A DNA stretch of 46,137 bases from Candidatus Moraniibacteriota bacterium (GCA_016699385.1 CP064974.1:758654-804790); one strand, 5' to 3'; numbered from the stretch's first letter, positions 1 to 9,102 are shown. Notes: generated from the letters alone by a model not told the origin. Numbers and translations: made by a program.

Positions 1-1
1 G

Positions 2-547
2 GAACGTCGCCAAGAAAGCCAAGCTCATACAGAACAGCAGGATTACAGGAGGCACTATTCTATTATGTTCATAGATGCCGATAAGTTCAAGTCAGTGAAC
101 ACTGAATATGGACATGATGCTGGAGATACCGTCCTCAAAGAAATCGCAAAGACTATCAAAGAAAAAATCCGTGACAACGAAGGCGTAGTAGCTCGATGGG
201 GCGGCGAAGAAATAGTTGCTCTTGTTCCAGTCGATATCGATATCGCCTGCGCAATAGCAGAGCGCATTCGAACAGCTGTCGAGCAAAGAACATTTCGAGC
301 TGAAAGAAAACGCGATTTTCATGTCACCATAAGTATTGGTATTGCTCCATACCAAGATGATAGCAAGAAACAGATAAAAACTGCTGATATGGCCGTTCAA
401 GCAGCAAAAGGCGACTTCTCATCTGTCAAAAATATTGCGGAAAGTCTTGGAGGAATCACGGTAGAGGAAGATCTCAGCGAAACACGTAACCAGATACAAT
501 TTGTCGACAAAAATGGGATTCTCTCGAGATTCAAACCAAAAGAATAA
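2..547 (+). CDS. GGDEF-domain diguanylate cyclase, C-terminal part (5' end lies outside the window)
   Basis: Frame 2 is open from the window edge. FIDADKFKSVNTEYGHDAGD and RWGGEEIVAL (GGEEx active-site variant) are typical GGDEF-domain motifs. Confidence 0.8.
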   Translation, partial: ERRQESQAHTEQQDYRRHYSIMFIDADKFKSVNTEYGHDAGDTVLKEIAKTIKEKIRDNEGVVARWGGEEIVALVPVDIDIACAIAERIRTAVEQRTFRAERKRDFHVTISIGIAPYQDDSKKQIKTADMAVQAAKGDFSSVKNIAESLGGITVEEDLSETRNQIQFVDKNGILSRFKPKE

Positions 548-587
548 CAAAAAGATTTCAGGAAAATGAACAGCTTCTGAGATGACC

Positions 588-1670
588 CTATTCCTCCACA
601 ATCACTCCTCCTCCCAAACATTCCTCTCCATCATAGAATACAGCGAACTGTCCCGGCGCAATGCCGGGCTGCGATTCGTTGAGGTGTACGCGCCATCGAT
701 CTCCCGAAAGCAATCGAATATGACACGGGTATCTTGCTTCTCCGTGGCGTATTTTTACATCGAATGTCCTCTTCTTCGGAAATGAACCAGATACCCAATT
801 CGTATTTTCGATGACAAACTGCTCGCGCGATCCTTCCGCGCCACGCCACGCATTGGAAACAAACACCGTGTTTTCCTTTGCATCTTTTGCAACCACAAAC
901 CATGGTCCACCAGAGAGTTTGACACCCTTCCTCTGCCCGATAGTGAAATACCAGAAACCGTCATGCTCTCCGATTTTCTTCCCCGTTTCATATTCGACGA
1001 GATCACCTCGCTTCGTACCCAGATAGTGCCCGAGAAATTCATCGAAGCGCACCTTCCCCAAAAAGCATATGCCCTGACTATCTTTTCGACTTGCATTTGG
1101 CAAATGAAATTCCTGCGCAAGCTCCCGTACACGATCTTTCTGATATTCTCCAATCGGGAAAAGCGCACGTGACAACTGTACCTGTGAAAGTTGCGAGAGA
1201 AAATATGTTTGATCTTTTACCAAATCAGGCGAACACAGAAGCTTCGTCCTCCCTCGAACAAGCGTCGTCCGCGCATAGTGTCCCGTCGCAATGAAGTCAA
1301 ATGATTCCTTCGCAAGCGTCTCAAAGAATGCACCAAACTTCACTCTAGGGTTACAGAGCATATCAGGGTTTGGCGTCCGTCCAAGGCGCACCTCATCGAG
1401 CACATAGGAGACTATCCTTTCCCAATATTCCTTCTGAAGCGGCACAACCGTAAGTGGTACATCGAGCTGTTCACATACCTCGCGAACATATCGCAAATCC
1501 TCCTCCCACGGACATTCCCCCAAGAAAGACACCTCATCCTCCAGCCAGATCTTGAGATAAAATGCGCGAACATCATACCCTGCATTTTTAAGCAACGCCA
1601 AAGACACAGAGCTATCCACTCCGCCCGAAACAAGCACCGCTATTTTTGATTGCTTTTGCAGTAGTACCAT
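588..1670 (-). CDS. mnmA: tRNA-specific 2-thiouridylase MnmA
   Basis: N-terminal PP-loop IAVLVSGGVDSS. Full-length MnmA-like pattern (NPDMLCN, DSQGICFLG), 360 aa. Confidence 0.95.
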   Translation of the reverse strand: MVLLQKQSKIAVLVSGGVDSSVSLALLKNAGYDVRAFYLKIWLEDEVSFLGECPWEEDLRYVREVCEQLDVPLTVVPLQKEYWERIVSYVLDEVRLGRTPNPDMLCNPRVKFGAFFETLAKESFDFIATGHYARTTLVRGRTKLLCSPDLVKDQTYFLSQLSQVQLSRALFPIGEYQKDRVRELAQEFHLPNASRKDSQGICFLGKVRFDEFLGHYLGTKRGDLVEYETGKKIGEHDGFWYFTIGQRKGVKLSGGPWFVVAKDAKENTVFVSNAWRGAEGSREQFVIENTNWVSGSFPKKRTFDVKIRHGEARYPCHIRLLSGDRWRVHLNESQPGIAPGQFAVFYDGEECLGGGVIVEE

Positions 1671-1811
1671 TTAGACCCGTTGTCGTTTAAACACCATCGC
1701 CAAACGCAGCAACATCCAAAAAAATTAAAACGCCTCCGTCGAAATGCAACCGAGTTTCAGCATACCTCTCACTATGAATTTTGACAATATCTACTGAAAT
1801 TTTCCCACTTA

Positions 1812-1839
1812 CCAACAAAAAAACCGGCGACAACCGGTT
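1812..1839 (-). terminator. Rho-independent terminator candidate downstream of the 323-aa secreted-protein gene
   Basis: On the minus strand, AACCGG-ttgtcg-CCGGTT hairpin followed by TTTTTTTGTT. Confidence 0.45.
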
Positions 1840-1910
1840 CTTTTGCTTCGAATTATCAAGACAGAACCTTTCACCAAAAATGAAAATTTCTTACAAAGAA
1901 ATCCGATAAA

Positions 1911-2882
1911 CTAGGAGTTCGATCCATCACTGGATTCCACAACAGTCCCAAAAGCTGTCTTCAAATCGGCACGAGCCTGTTCGAGTGCCAGCTTGAAATC
2001 CGAAAGAGCAGCCGCGAATGACACTTTCTTCGCCTCAGCAAGTGTCTTCACTTGCTCGCCAACCGTGTCCGAATCTTTCCGCTGATCTCCCATAGCCGCC
2101 TTGGCATCTTTGAGGCTCGCCTGCAATGTTTCGCGAACAGTCGCCGGATCAACACCCGAATCACAATCGCTTTTCGCGGTCGCAAATGCTGCATCTGCTG
2201 CAGATTTAAAGGTCGAGAGACTTGCATCGATAGTCGTCTTCTTTGTGCCAATCGCCGCATCGACACCAGTGCGAAATGCCGCAATCGCTGCATCAACCGT
2301 CTGTTGTCGATCGGCAACTGCCTTTTCTACCGTTGCTTTGAACGTCGCAATAGCTGCCTGCTTGTCCGCATCATCACCTGCTCGTTCGAGAAGTTTTGCA
2401 TACATCTCTTCGCGCTTGGCATCGCGCTCGTTTCGATTCTTCTCGAGCGTCGCATCTCGTTCATCTCGATTCTCATCAAAGACATTCCGGCGATTCGTCT
2501 TCCGATCCAAGATATTTTTCTGCGCACCATCCAAACGCTCACTCATTTTCGCATTCCGCTCAATCATGTTCGTGCACAAGTTCTGTTTCCGGTCCATCAT
2601 ATTCTCTTCCCTTTTTGCCTGACGATCCTCGAGAGTACCCTCAACAAGAGCACCCTTCTTCGCATTGTCATTTTCGATCTGAGCCTTTCGCTCCGCTGCA
2701 AGGTCATGCGCCCTCACCCAAGGAGCTTTCCTACCACTATCACTATTTCCACTCGTACTGCTTCCCGTCTCACTACTAGAGCTTTCATCAGCGCGTGCAG
2801 CCGCAATTCCGAGGGAAAGCACACAGGAAAATGCAACAGAAACAGTTACTCCTTTGAAGAGTCTAGAGCTGTGTATCATCAT
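1911..2882 (-). CDS. Secreted Ala/Lys/Asp/Arg-rich helical-repeat protein (hypothetical)
   Basis: ATG-ATG start. N-terminal signal peptide (VTVSVAFSCVLSLGIAAARA), then long charged helical repeats (ERDATLEKNRNERDAKREE...). The opposite-strand ORFs 2052-2891 and 2101-2622 look like low-complexity shadows. Confidence 0.6.
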   Translation of the reverse strand: MMIHSSRLFKGVTVSVAFSCVLSLGIAAARADESSSSETGSSTSGNSDSGRKAPWVRAHDLAAERKAQIENDNAKKGALVEGTLEDRQAKREENMMDRKQNLCTNMIERNAKMSERLDGAQKNILDRKTNRRNVFDENRDERDATLEKNRNERDAKREEMYAKLLERAGDDADKQAAIATFKATVEKAVADRQQTVDAAIAAFRTGVDAAIGTKKTTIDASLSTFKSAADAAFATAKSDCDSGVDPATVRETLQASLKDAKAAMGDQRKDSDTVGEQVKTLAEAKKVSFAAALSDFKLALEQARADLKTAFGTVVESSDGSNS

Positions 2883-3225
2883 AGGCGTTAGTTATATCAT
2901 CAATAGTTTGTACATTCTCTTTCGCTGTTTGCGTCTCGCCAGCTGCTTCATTATCAAGCGCCGATGTATTTGCATCATTCTTCAAGATATCGTCAACAAC
3001 CGCATCCGGTGTCTCTGGCGTTGCTACCGGTTCTTGCATTGTCGCATCCTTCATCAGAGAGTCGCTCGATGGTGCGGGTGCCGGTGCTGTCGGAGGGAGA
3101 GGCATCACCGACGACTCATTCACAAGAGCAGACCGCTGATCAGCAAATTGCCGATAGATAAACGCAAAGGCGATAACCAAAAGTCCTACACCGACAGCAA
3201 CGGTAATCTTTTGTTTTTCCGTCAT
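2863..3225 (-). CDS. Small N-terminally membrane-anchored acidic protein (hypothetical, 120 aa)
   Basis: ATG at 3225 (MTEKQKITVAVGVGLLVIAFAFIY = one TM helix), then a Pro/Ala linker and an acidic tail. Overlaps the downstream gene by 20 nt. Confidence 0.5.
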   Translation of the reverse strand: MTEKQKITVAVGVGLLVIAFAFIYRQFADQRSALVNESSVMPLPPTAPAPAPSSDSLMKDATMQEPVATPETPDAVVDDILKNDANTSALDNEAAGETQTAKENVQTIDDITNAYDDTQL

Positions 3226-3379
3226 AGAAACTTCATTCAAAAAAATTAAAAGTGCTCTTATTCTACCACGACAACACAAGAAAGAAAAAAGGCGATTCAT
3301 ACTCTGGCTTTCTGCCGAAAGTATAAACCGCCTCAAGCAATACTTGGGAGCATCGCTCACCCAAAAAATTACCATTCAC

Positions 3380-4657
3380 TTACTTCACCCTCCGCTTAAA
3401 CAAATCCCGGAACACCGGGTAGATGTCTGACGAAGAATCTATCTGCCGCATGGAAAAATGCGAACACTGCTTCCTTACCTCCTCATACGCCTCCCACAGG
3501 CTTTGGTGACGATCCGGAGTAATTTCGACATAGGCATAGTAGCGCGCAAGTGGCATAATTTGATTCAGTAAAATATCTCGACTGACAGGTGAATCAAAAT
3601 GCCAATTGTCGCCATCGGAAGCCTGCGCAGCATAAATGTTCCAGCTGGCAGTTGGGTAGCGTTCTACTACAATCCCACTCATCAGGCGTAGCGCGCTCGA
3701 TACAATGGTTCCGCCCGTCTCCTTTCCATGAAAGAACGTCTGTTCATCCACCTCCATCGCCACCGTGTGATGTCGGATAAAAATTACGTCAATTCTCTCG
3801 TAGTTGCGACTCAAGAACAAATACAACAACGTGAAGAATCGCTTCGCCAAATCTTTTCGTTTTTCATTCATTGATCCCGACACATCCATAATGCAAAACA
3901 TCACCGCCTGCGTCGACGGCTGCGGCTGTTGAATCCGATTGGCATATCGGAGATCAAACGTGTCGATAAACGGGGGCAATTTCTTCGCCTGAATTTCCCG
4001 AATTCGTTCACGAAGCTCACAAATTTTCTCATCATCAGGATCAACTCCTGCATCAAGAAGATTCTGAATTTCAGCCTTAATTGCTACAATTTCCGCCCTT
4101 CGAGCCCCGAGTATCGCTATCTTTCGACCATATGCCCCCTTAAATGTCCTCACGATAGAGATTGAAGACGGACTCCCCGTACTACTAAATCCCGCACGAA
4201 CCGACTTGAACTCCGTCACTTTAGCAAGCTGTGTCCGGATGAGATTGGGCAATTCCAAATCTTCAAAGAACAGCTCCAAAAATTCCTCACGAGACAGCTC
4301 AAAAACGAAATTATCTTCGCCTTCTCCGCTATTGCTTGCCTGACCACTGCCCGCCGCGCCATTTCCTGCACCGCCCTTTGGACGTGCCATTTTGTCGCCC
4401 GTGGTAAATTTTCTGTTTCCTGGGTGAATCACTTCACGTCTCCCACCCTGTCCATGCTTGAATGTCGGTTCGGACAAATCGCGAGCGGGAATATTTGCCT
4501 TCTCGCCTTTGTCGACGTCAGTGATACTGCGCCTACTCCCTATAGCATCAGTTATCGCCTTCTTCATCTGACCTTTAAATCGCCGAATAAAGCGTTGGCG
4601 ATTTACCGCACTCTTATTCTTCCCATCTCTACCACGACGATCAATAATCATAGTCAT
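3380..4657 (-). CDS. yeaH: YeaH/YhbH family protein (DUF444, UPF0229)
   Basis: Hallmark N-terminus IIDRRGRDGKNKSAVNRQRFIRRFKGQMKKAITDAI, EPTFKHGQGGRREVIHPGN, FEDLELPNL, and a C-terminal vWA-like part (FCIMDVSGSM). ATG at 4657 is preceded by GGAGG. Confidence 0.85.
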   Translation of the reverse strand: MTMIIDRRGRDGKNKSAVNRQRFIRRFKGQMKKAITDAIGSRRSITDVDKGEKANIPARDLSEPTFKHGQGGRREVIHPGNRKFTTGDKMARPKGGAGNGAAGSGQASNSGEGEDNFVFELSREEFLELFFEDLELPNLIRTQLAKVTEFKSVRAGFSSTGSPSSISIVRTFKGAYGRKIAILGARRAEIVAIKAEIQNLLDAGVDPDDEKICELRERIREIQAKKLPPFIDTFDLRYANRIQQPQPSTQAVMFCIMDVSGSMNEKRKDLAKRFFTLLYLFLSRNYERIDVIFIRHHTVAMEVDEQTFFHGKETGGTIVSSALRLMSGIVVERYPTASWNIYAAQASDGDNWHFDSPVSRDILLNQIMPLARYYAYVEITPDRHQSLWEAYEEVRKQCSHFSMRQIDSSSDIYPVFRDLFKRRVK

Positions 4658-4880
4658 CTCATACCTCCACACCTTGAAAAAATTGTTAAAAAAACTCCCC
4701 GCCGCCTCTCGCGCGACCGGGTTCTCTTTTTGCGTTCCTTCTTGCAGATATTCCCTTTTTGCAAGCAGAGAGATTACCGAGTCACATGAGAACAATCACG
4801 CTTCAAAAGAAGCGCACTCATACACCCTGCCGGAGAAATACATCGCTCTGTTTGCATATTTCCCTTGTACCACGACACTC

Positions 4881-4916
4881 GAGAAAACACAAGGGTCACC
4901 ACTTTCGTGGCGACCC
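4881..4916 (-). terminator. Strong rho-independent terminator after the DEAD-box helicase gene
   Basis: Minus strand: GGGUCGCCAC-GAAA-GUGGUGACCC (10-bp stem, GNRA loop) followed by UUGUGUUUUCUC. Confidence 0.75.
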
Positions 4917-4956
4917 AAAACATATCGATCAGAAATTGCATTCACTCACGAAAGTA

Positions 4957-6228
4957 TTATCGGCGTCCTCGTCCGGTAGAAGCAAATGATCGTGGCGAAT
5001 GACCTCGAGAGACAGTCTCGAAGCGCTCGACAAATGTGAAAGCATAGCCAATCTTCGTGCCACGACCCGTACGCCCGATGCGATGAATGTAGTCTTCATA
5101 CGTCATCGGAAGATCGTAGTTGATAACATGCGTAATGCCATCAATATCAAGTCCGCGCGCCGCAACGTCTGTCGCCACCAAAACACGCAGCTGATCATCG
5201 CGAAATCTCGCAAGTGATCGTTCGCGCTGGCCCTGAGACAAATCGCCATGAATTGCACCTGCTTTGAATCCGCGTTCGAAAAGCACTTTGGCAAGTTTCT
5301 CTGTACCATGTTTGGTTTTGCTAAACACGAGCACTTTCTGGAAACTTTCCTGAAGAAGCATCTCATGAAGACGCTCGATTTTTTCTTCTCGTCCATTCAC
5401 ATGCACGACATCCTGATGAACATTCTCCGATGTTGCTCGCGATTTGACGAAAACAGTCACGGGATTGGTCAGAAACGACTTTGCGATTTCACGCACACCC
5501 GCTTCCATAGTTGCTGAAAAGAAAAGTGACTGACGCTCCTTCTTGGCAAGTGACAAAATATGCTTGATATCTCGCACAAATCCCATGTCGAGCATGCGAT
5601 CAACCTCATCGAGTACGATATTGTTAAATCCGGAAATATCCATGAGCCGACGCTCAATCAAATCCTTGATGCGTCCTGGCGTCCCGATAATGAAGTTTGG
5701 ATGCGCCCGCAAATCACGCACCTGGGAATGCATATGCGCACCACCAATTACTATGGCTGACTGAATTCCCGAGCCTTTGGAAAATGCGAGGAATTCTGCC
5801 TGAATCTGCAACGCAAGTTCTCGTGTCGGCACAAGAATGAGCACAAACTCATCTTTTGGCGCGTGAAATATTTTGTTGATGAGCGGAATAAGAAATGCCG
5901 CAGTCTTCCCAGTACCCGTATTGGCAATACCAATAACATCGCGCCCTGAGAGGACGAGCGGAATCGCCGCATCCTGAATTGGTGTCGGATTCTCAAAATT
6001 CCGACCGGCGATGATTTTCTTCAACTTTTCGTGTATAGGAAAATCCGAAAACGCATGTTCCGGATGAAAAGCTTCTGTTTCCGTCGATATGACGGCTTTT
6101 TTTACAAATTGTGAAATATCGAAATTCTTCTCGAGCGACGACTTCCCTCGACCACCCTTGCCAGCTCCCTTGGGCGCGCTCCACTTCGATCGCGAATTGT
6201 GCGACCGGAAACTTCTCTCTTGAAACAT
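4957..6228 (-). CDS. DEAD-box ATP-dependent RNA helicase
   Basis: PTPIQ, NTGTGKT (motif I), DEVD (motif II variant), SAT, HRIGRTGR. Basic Gly/Arg-rich termini. ATG at 6228 is preferred over the GTG at 6267. Confidence 0.9.
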   Translation of the reverse strand: MFQERSFRSHNSRSKWSAPKGAGKGGRGKSSLEKNFDISQFVKKAVISTETEAFHPEHAFSDFPIHEKLKKIIAGRNFENPTPIQDAAIPLVLSGRDVIGIANTGTGKTAAFLIPLINKIFHAPKDEFVLILVPTRELALQIQAEFLAFSKGSGIQSAIVIGGAHMHSQVRDLRAHPNFIIGTPGRIKDLIERRLMDISGFNNIVLDEVDRMLDMGFVRDIKHILSLAKKERQSLFFSATMEAGVREIAKSFLTNPVTVFVKSRATSENVHQDVVHVNGREEKIERLHEMLLQESFQKVLVFSKTKHGTEKLAKVLFERGFKAGAIHGDLSQGQRERSLARFRDDQLRVLVATDVAARGLDIDGITHVINYDLPMTYEDYIHRIGRTGRGTKIGYAFTFVERFETVSRGHSPRSFASTGRGRR

Positions 6229-6631
6229 ACGATTACTCTCTAGAAAATTATGTCCCGTTTTGCGCACGCCTCGCTATACAAGCGAAGCGTGCCAGACAAA
6301 AACGGAATCCTCCGAAAAGGATCCCTCGAACATACACGAAAGAGAGTACCGTTTCAGATGATATTTTGTAGCCTCACAAATCTCTCCCTCTCTTGCGCGA
6401 CGTCGTTCAAATTTGACGCCATTGCCTTCTTCATGGAAGACGATAAACGCTCCCGAGGCATTGCACAGTGATGAATGAAGTGTAAGGAAACTCCTTGAAC
6501 TCTTCCGAGAAAAAAGCTTCTTGCTGTCCGAACAAACCGATCTTGCCAACCTTCTCGCATCCCAAAAAATATCAGTGGGGGATCGAAAGGAAAGAAATAT
6601 CAAGAAAACCGAACAGACACTACAATACTCA

Positions 6632-6660
6632 ATAATAGCAGAGAATCTTTTCGCTGTCAA
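6632..6660 (-). promoter_or_regulatory. Sigma70-like promoter (TTGACA-17 nt-TATTAT) overlapping the obg stop codon and reading toward the helicase gene
   Basis: Minus strand: TTGACA at 6660-6655, a 17-nt spacer, TATTAT at 6637-6632. Confidence 0.5.
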
Positions 6661-7673
6661 GACCCATTATCGGAAACACTCTGAGATGGCTCATCTGAAG
6701 CCTGATTAGACGAAAATACCCGCGCAATTCCGGCGATTGTTTCTTGCATCCGCAGAAGAGACACGTCATCGAGTATAGAGAAAGAAAAGGTATTTGGATT
6801 CTTCTTTGAGAGCGCTTTCACGAGTTTTTGCACCTCTTTGGGCGTCCGCTCATCGGCACGCGAAATGACTATCCACTCCGGCTTCTCAAGTAATTTCGGA
6901 TTATACCGTTTGAGCTCCTTGCGGATATTCGCATAGTCAGTCACAGGCGTCTTGCTGTCCGCCGCAACGAGATGAAAGAGCACGCGCGTCCGCTCAATGT
7001 GCTTCAAAAATTTGTGCCCCAATCCCTTCCCTTCCGAAGCACCCTCGATAAGCCCCGGAATATCCGCGAGTATCGTATTGAAGTACACGCCGAGATTTGG
7101 CTCGAGCGTCGTGAAACGATAGTTTCCCACCTTGCTCGATGCATCGGTAAGCGCATTGAGGAGGCTCGATTTCCCCACATTGGGATACCCGATAAGTCCG
7201 ATATCAGCAATCAGTTTGAGCTCCAAGTGAAGTGTCATTGCATCCCCGGGAAGCCCCGGATTTGCCCGGTCCGGCGTCGTATTCCGACTCGAGCGAAAGT
7301 GAAAGTTCCCAAAACCACCATTCCCACCGCGCGCCACAAGCACCTTCTGTCCCGGAAAGACAATATCATAGTCTCTGCCACGCGCCACATCATGCGCGAC
7401 AGTTCCCACAGGCACGCGCACGATTTTGTCATCGCCATCGGCGCCGGTACGCATGTTTTGCTCGCCATGCCCGCCATTTCCCGCTCGTACACTCTTGACC
7501 GATCGAAACGGACGAAGCGCACCCAAGTCCGGCACGCCCAAAAGCACGACGTTTCCACCACGTCCGCCATTTCCGCCAGTCGGTCCTTCATTCATCATGG
7601 TCCGCGTAAATCGCACCACGCCGTCTCCACCTTTCCCCGCCGACACCTCAAGAGTGACATCATCAATAAGCAT
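6657..7673 (-). CDS. obg: GTPase Obg/CgtA
   Basis: MLIDDVTLEVSAGKGGDGVVRF and a Gly-rich Obg fold. G1 GYPNVGKSSL, G3 DIPGLIEGA. ATG at 7673. Confidence 0.95.
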   Translation of the reverse strand: MLIDDVTLEVSAGKGGDGVVRFTRTMMNEGPTGGNGGRGGNVVLLGVPDLGALRPFRSVKSVRAGNGGHGEQNMRTGADGDDKIVRVPVGTVAHDVARGRDYDIVFPGQKVLVARGGNGGFGNFHFRSSRNTTPDRANPGLPGDAMTLHLELKLIADIGLIGYPNVGKSSLLNALTDASSKVGNYRFTTLEPNLGVYFNTILADIPGLIEGASEGKGLGHKFLKHIERTRVLFHLVAADSKTPVTDYANIRKELKRYNPKLLEKPEWIVISRADERTPKEVQKLVKALSKKNPNTFSFSILDDVSLLRMQETIAGIARVFSSNQASDEPSQSVSDNGS

Positions 7674-7729
7674 AGTTTCCAATCTTAGCACGGAAACCGT
7701 CGAAAGGCAAGGAAAAATTCTTGTTAACA

Positions 7730-7758
7730 TTGACAAAGTAATATTTTTCTGCTATAAT
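7730..7758 (+). promoter_or_regulatory. Perfect-consensus sigma70 promoter (TTGACA-17 nt-TATAAT)
   Basis: TTGACA at 7730-7735, a 17-nt spacer, TATAAT at 7753-7758. It lies about 146 nt upstream of the ATG at 7905. Confidence 0.6.
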
Positions 7759-7904
7759 ATGCTATCAGTGAAAAAGGGTAGATTCATAGCAAAGTGCCGA
7801 CCATAAATGCTTACTGGAAAGGTTGATCGACGTTTTGCTATCCGTCTGTTCTGGATAGAGCCTAATAGTACTTGAACAATTCACCGAAGTAAAAGGAGAG
7901 TAAG

Positions 7905-8447
7905 ATGAACACCGAATCAGTATCCCCCAAAACGCAAGATCTTGGAAACTTGGTTCTCGGCAATCTTACTTGGATGAAGTGCCAAGAAGATCCGGAATTA
8001 CGTGAGACTCCCGAAGGAATGAAACAGGTGCGCTGCGAGTTTATAAGCCTCTCGCCCACCATATTGGGGGATTTGTTGTTCGAGGTGGTATCCCTGACAT
8101 CTATCATGCAGTCAAAGCTCGCGTTTTTGCAGTATTGTCAGGAAAATGGATTCGTCCAAAAAATGATAGCCGCCATGCCGGAAGAGGCTCTGGGATGGAT
8201 GTCCAGAGGCGATGTACTAAAAAACATAGTCTCCACACTTGACTGTCTCATCGAGCTTGCCAAAAGCATAAGTGGCAATATCATTGGGTTCCTGGAGAAA
8301 AACGGGATTACCGAGGAACAGGTTTTAACCGCTCCCGAATCAAAACTCTGTCTCGATGAGAGTCTTCGAGGACGCTATCGTGCCGGCACGCTCACGATCC
8401 GTGAGTTGCTCTTGGAGCAACCGATGATTATCCTCAAGAACAGCTAG
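7905..8447 (+). CDS. Hypothetical protein (180 aa), no recognisable motif
   Basis: ATG preceded by AAAGGAGAG at good spacing. Followed by a terminator. Confidence 0.6.
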   Translation: MNTESVSPKTQDLGNLVLGNLTWMKCQEDPELRETPEGMKQVRCEFISLSPTILGDLLFEVVSLTSIMQSKLAFLQYCQENGFVQKMIAAMPEEALGWMSRGDVLKNIVSTLDCLIELAKSISGNIIGFLEKNGITEEQVLTAPESKLCLDESLRGRYRAGTLTIRELLLEQPMIILKNS

Positions 8448-8483
8448 GACGGAAGCGGTCGCTTCTTCGCTCTAAATCACAAA

Positions 8484-8514
8484 GCCCCTCCCGGATTCCG
8501 GCAGGGGCTTTTTA
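8484..8514 (+). terminator. Rho-independent terminator (copy A of a duplicated terminator module)
   Basis: GCCCCUCCCGG-AUU-CCGGCAGGGGC hairpin followed by UUUUU. It sits between convergent genes. Confidence 0.6.
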
Positions 8515-8558
8515 CTTCGAACGGTTTCTCTTTACTTTTCAAGCGCCTCAACAAGAGA

Positions 8559-8945
8559 TCAAATCTTCGAGTGAAGCGCGATGCGGTTTCCTTCGGTATC
8601 GAGGACAAGCGCCATAAAACCGTATTCGCCAATCGCCTTTTTCGGAGCAAGAATTTTGCCACCCGCCATCTCCACTCTCGAGAGCTCATTGGACAGATCG
8701 CCCGAATACGCCGTGAAATACACCAGCACGCCCTCCGCCGACGGCTTGTACCATTCCTTATGAAAGACGAGCGACCCCGCGGCGCCCTTCCCATCCGTCA
8801 TCTGAAACCACGCCATGTCGATCTCTCCCACCTGATTGCGACTCAATGTCACCTCCAAGACCGTCTCATAAAACTTCATCGCCCGCTCCATATCGACGAC
8901 GGGGATCTCAAACCACCCCACCGCATTGCCTTTTTCTTCCGCCAT
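8559..8945 (-). CDS. VOC (glyoxalase/bleomycin-resistance/dioxygenase) family protein
   Basis: 128 aa. GWFEIPVVDMERAMKFYETVL and ILAPKKAIGEYGFMALVLDTEGNRIALH fit the paired beta-alpha-beta-beta-beta VOC pattern. Confidence 0.85.
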   Translation of the reverse strand: MAEEKGNAVGWFEIPVVDMERAMKFYETVLEVTLSRNQVGEIDMAWFQMTDGKGAAGSLVFHKEWYKPSAEGVLVYFTAYSGDLSNELSRVEMAGGKILAPKKAIGEYGFMALVLDTEGNRIALHSKI

Positions 8946-9061
8946 AACGTTGTGTGAAAAAAATTATTTTACCCTTCAAGAGAGTACCATAGTTCCAGAA
9001 AATAATCATCTCCATGTTTTAACTCTACAAACTATTGACTTTATACTAAAAGTATGCTTTT

Positions 9062-9102
9062 ATACTCTGTTGGAATTTTCCAACGGAGTATGCAGCTTTT
9101 TT
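9062..9102 (+). terminator. Terminator-like hairpin inside the leader of the zinc-ribbon gene (possible attenuator)
   Basis: AUACUCUGUUGGAA-UU-UUCCAACGGAGUAU (14 bp, one G-U) at 9062-9091, then GCAGC and UUUUUU at 9097-9102. It lies 30 nt before the ATG at 9133. Confidence 0.4.

Noticed and set aside
2052-2891. Plus-strand ORFs of 279 aa and 173 aa (2101-2622), antisense to the 323-aa secreted-protein gene
   Set aside because: They have Arg/Cys/Ser/Ile-rich nonsense-like composition and no start context. The minus-strand frame has a signal peptide and a coherent helical-repeat sequence. Long shadow ORFs are expected opposite GC-skewed, low-complexity genes.
7765-7904. Known riboswitch classes (c-di-GMP-I, glycine, fluoride) in the leader of the 180-aa orphan
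   Set aside because: Only short partial resemblances were found (GCAAAGUGCC, CACCGAAG). The conserved cores of those classes are not present, so it is left as an unclassified structured leader.
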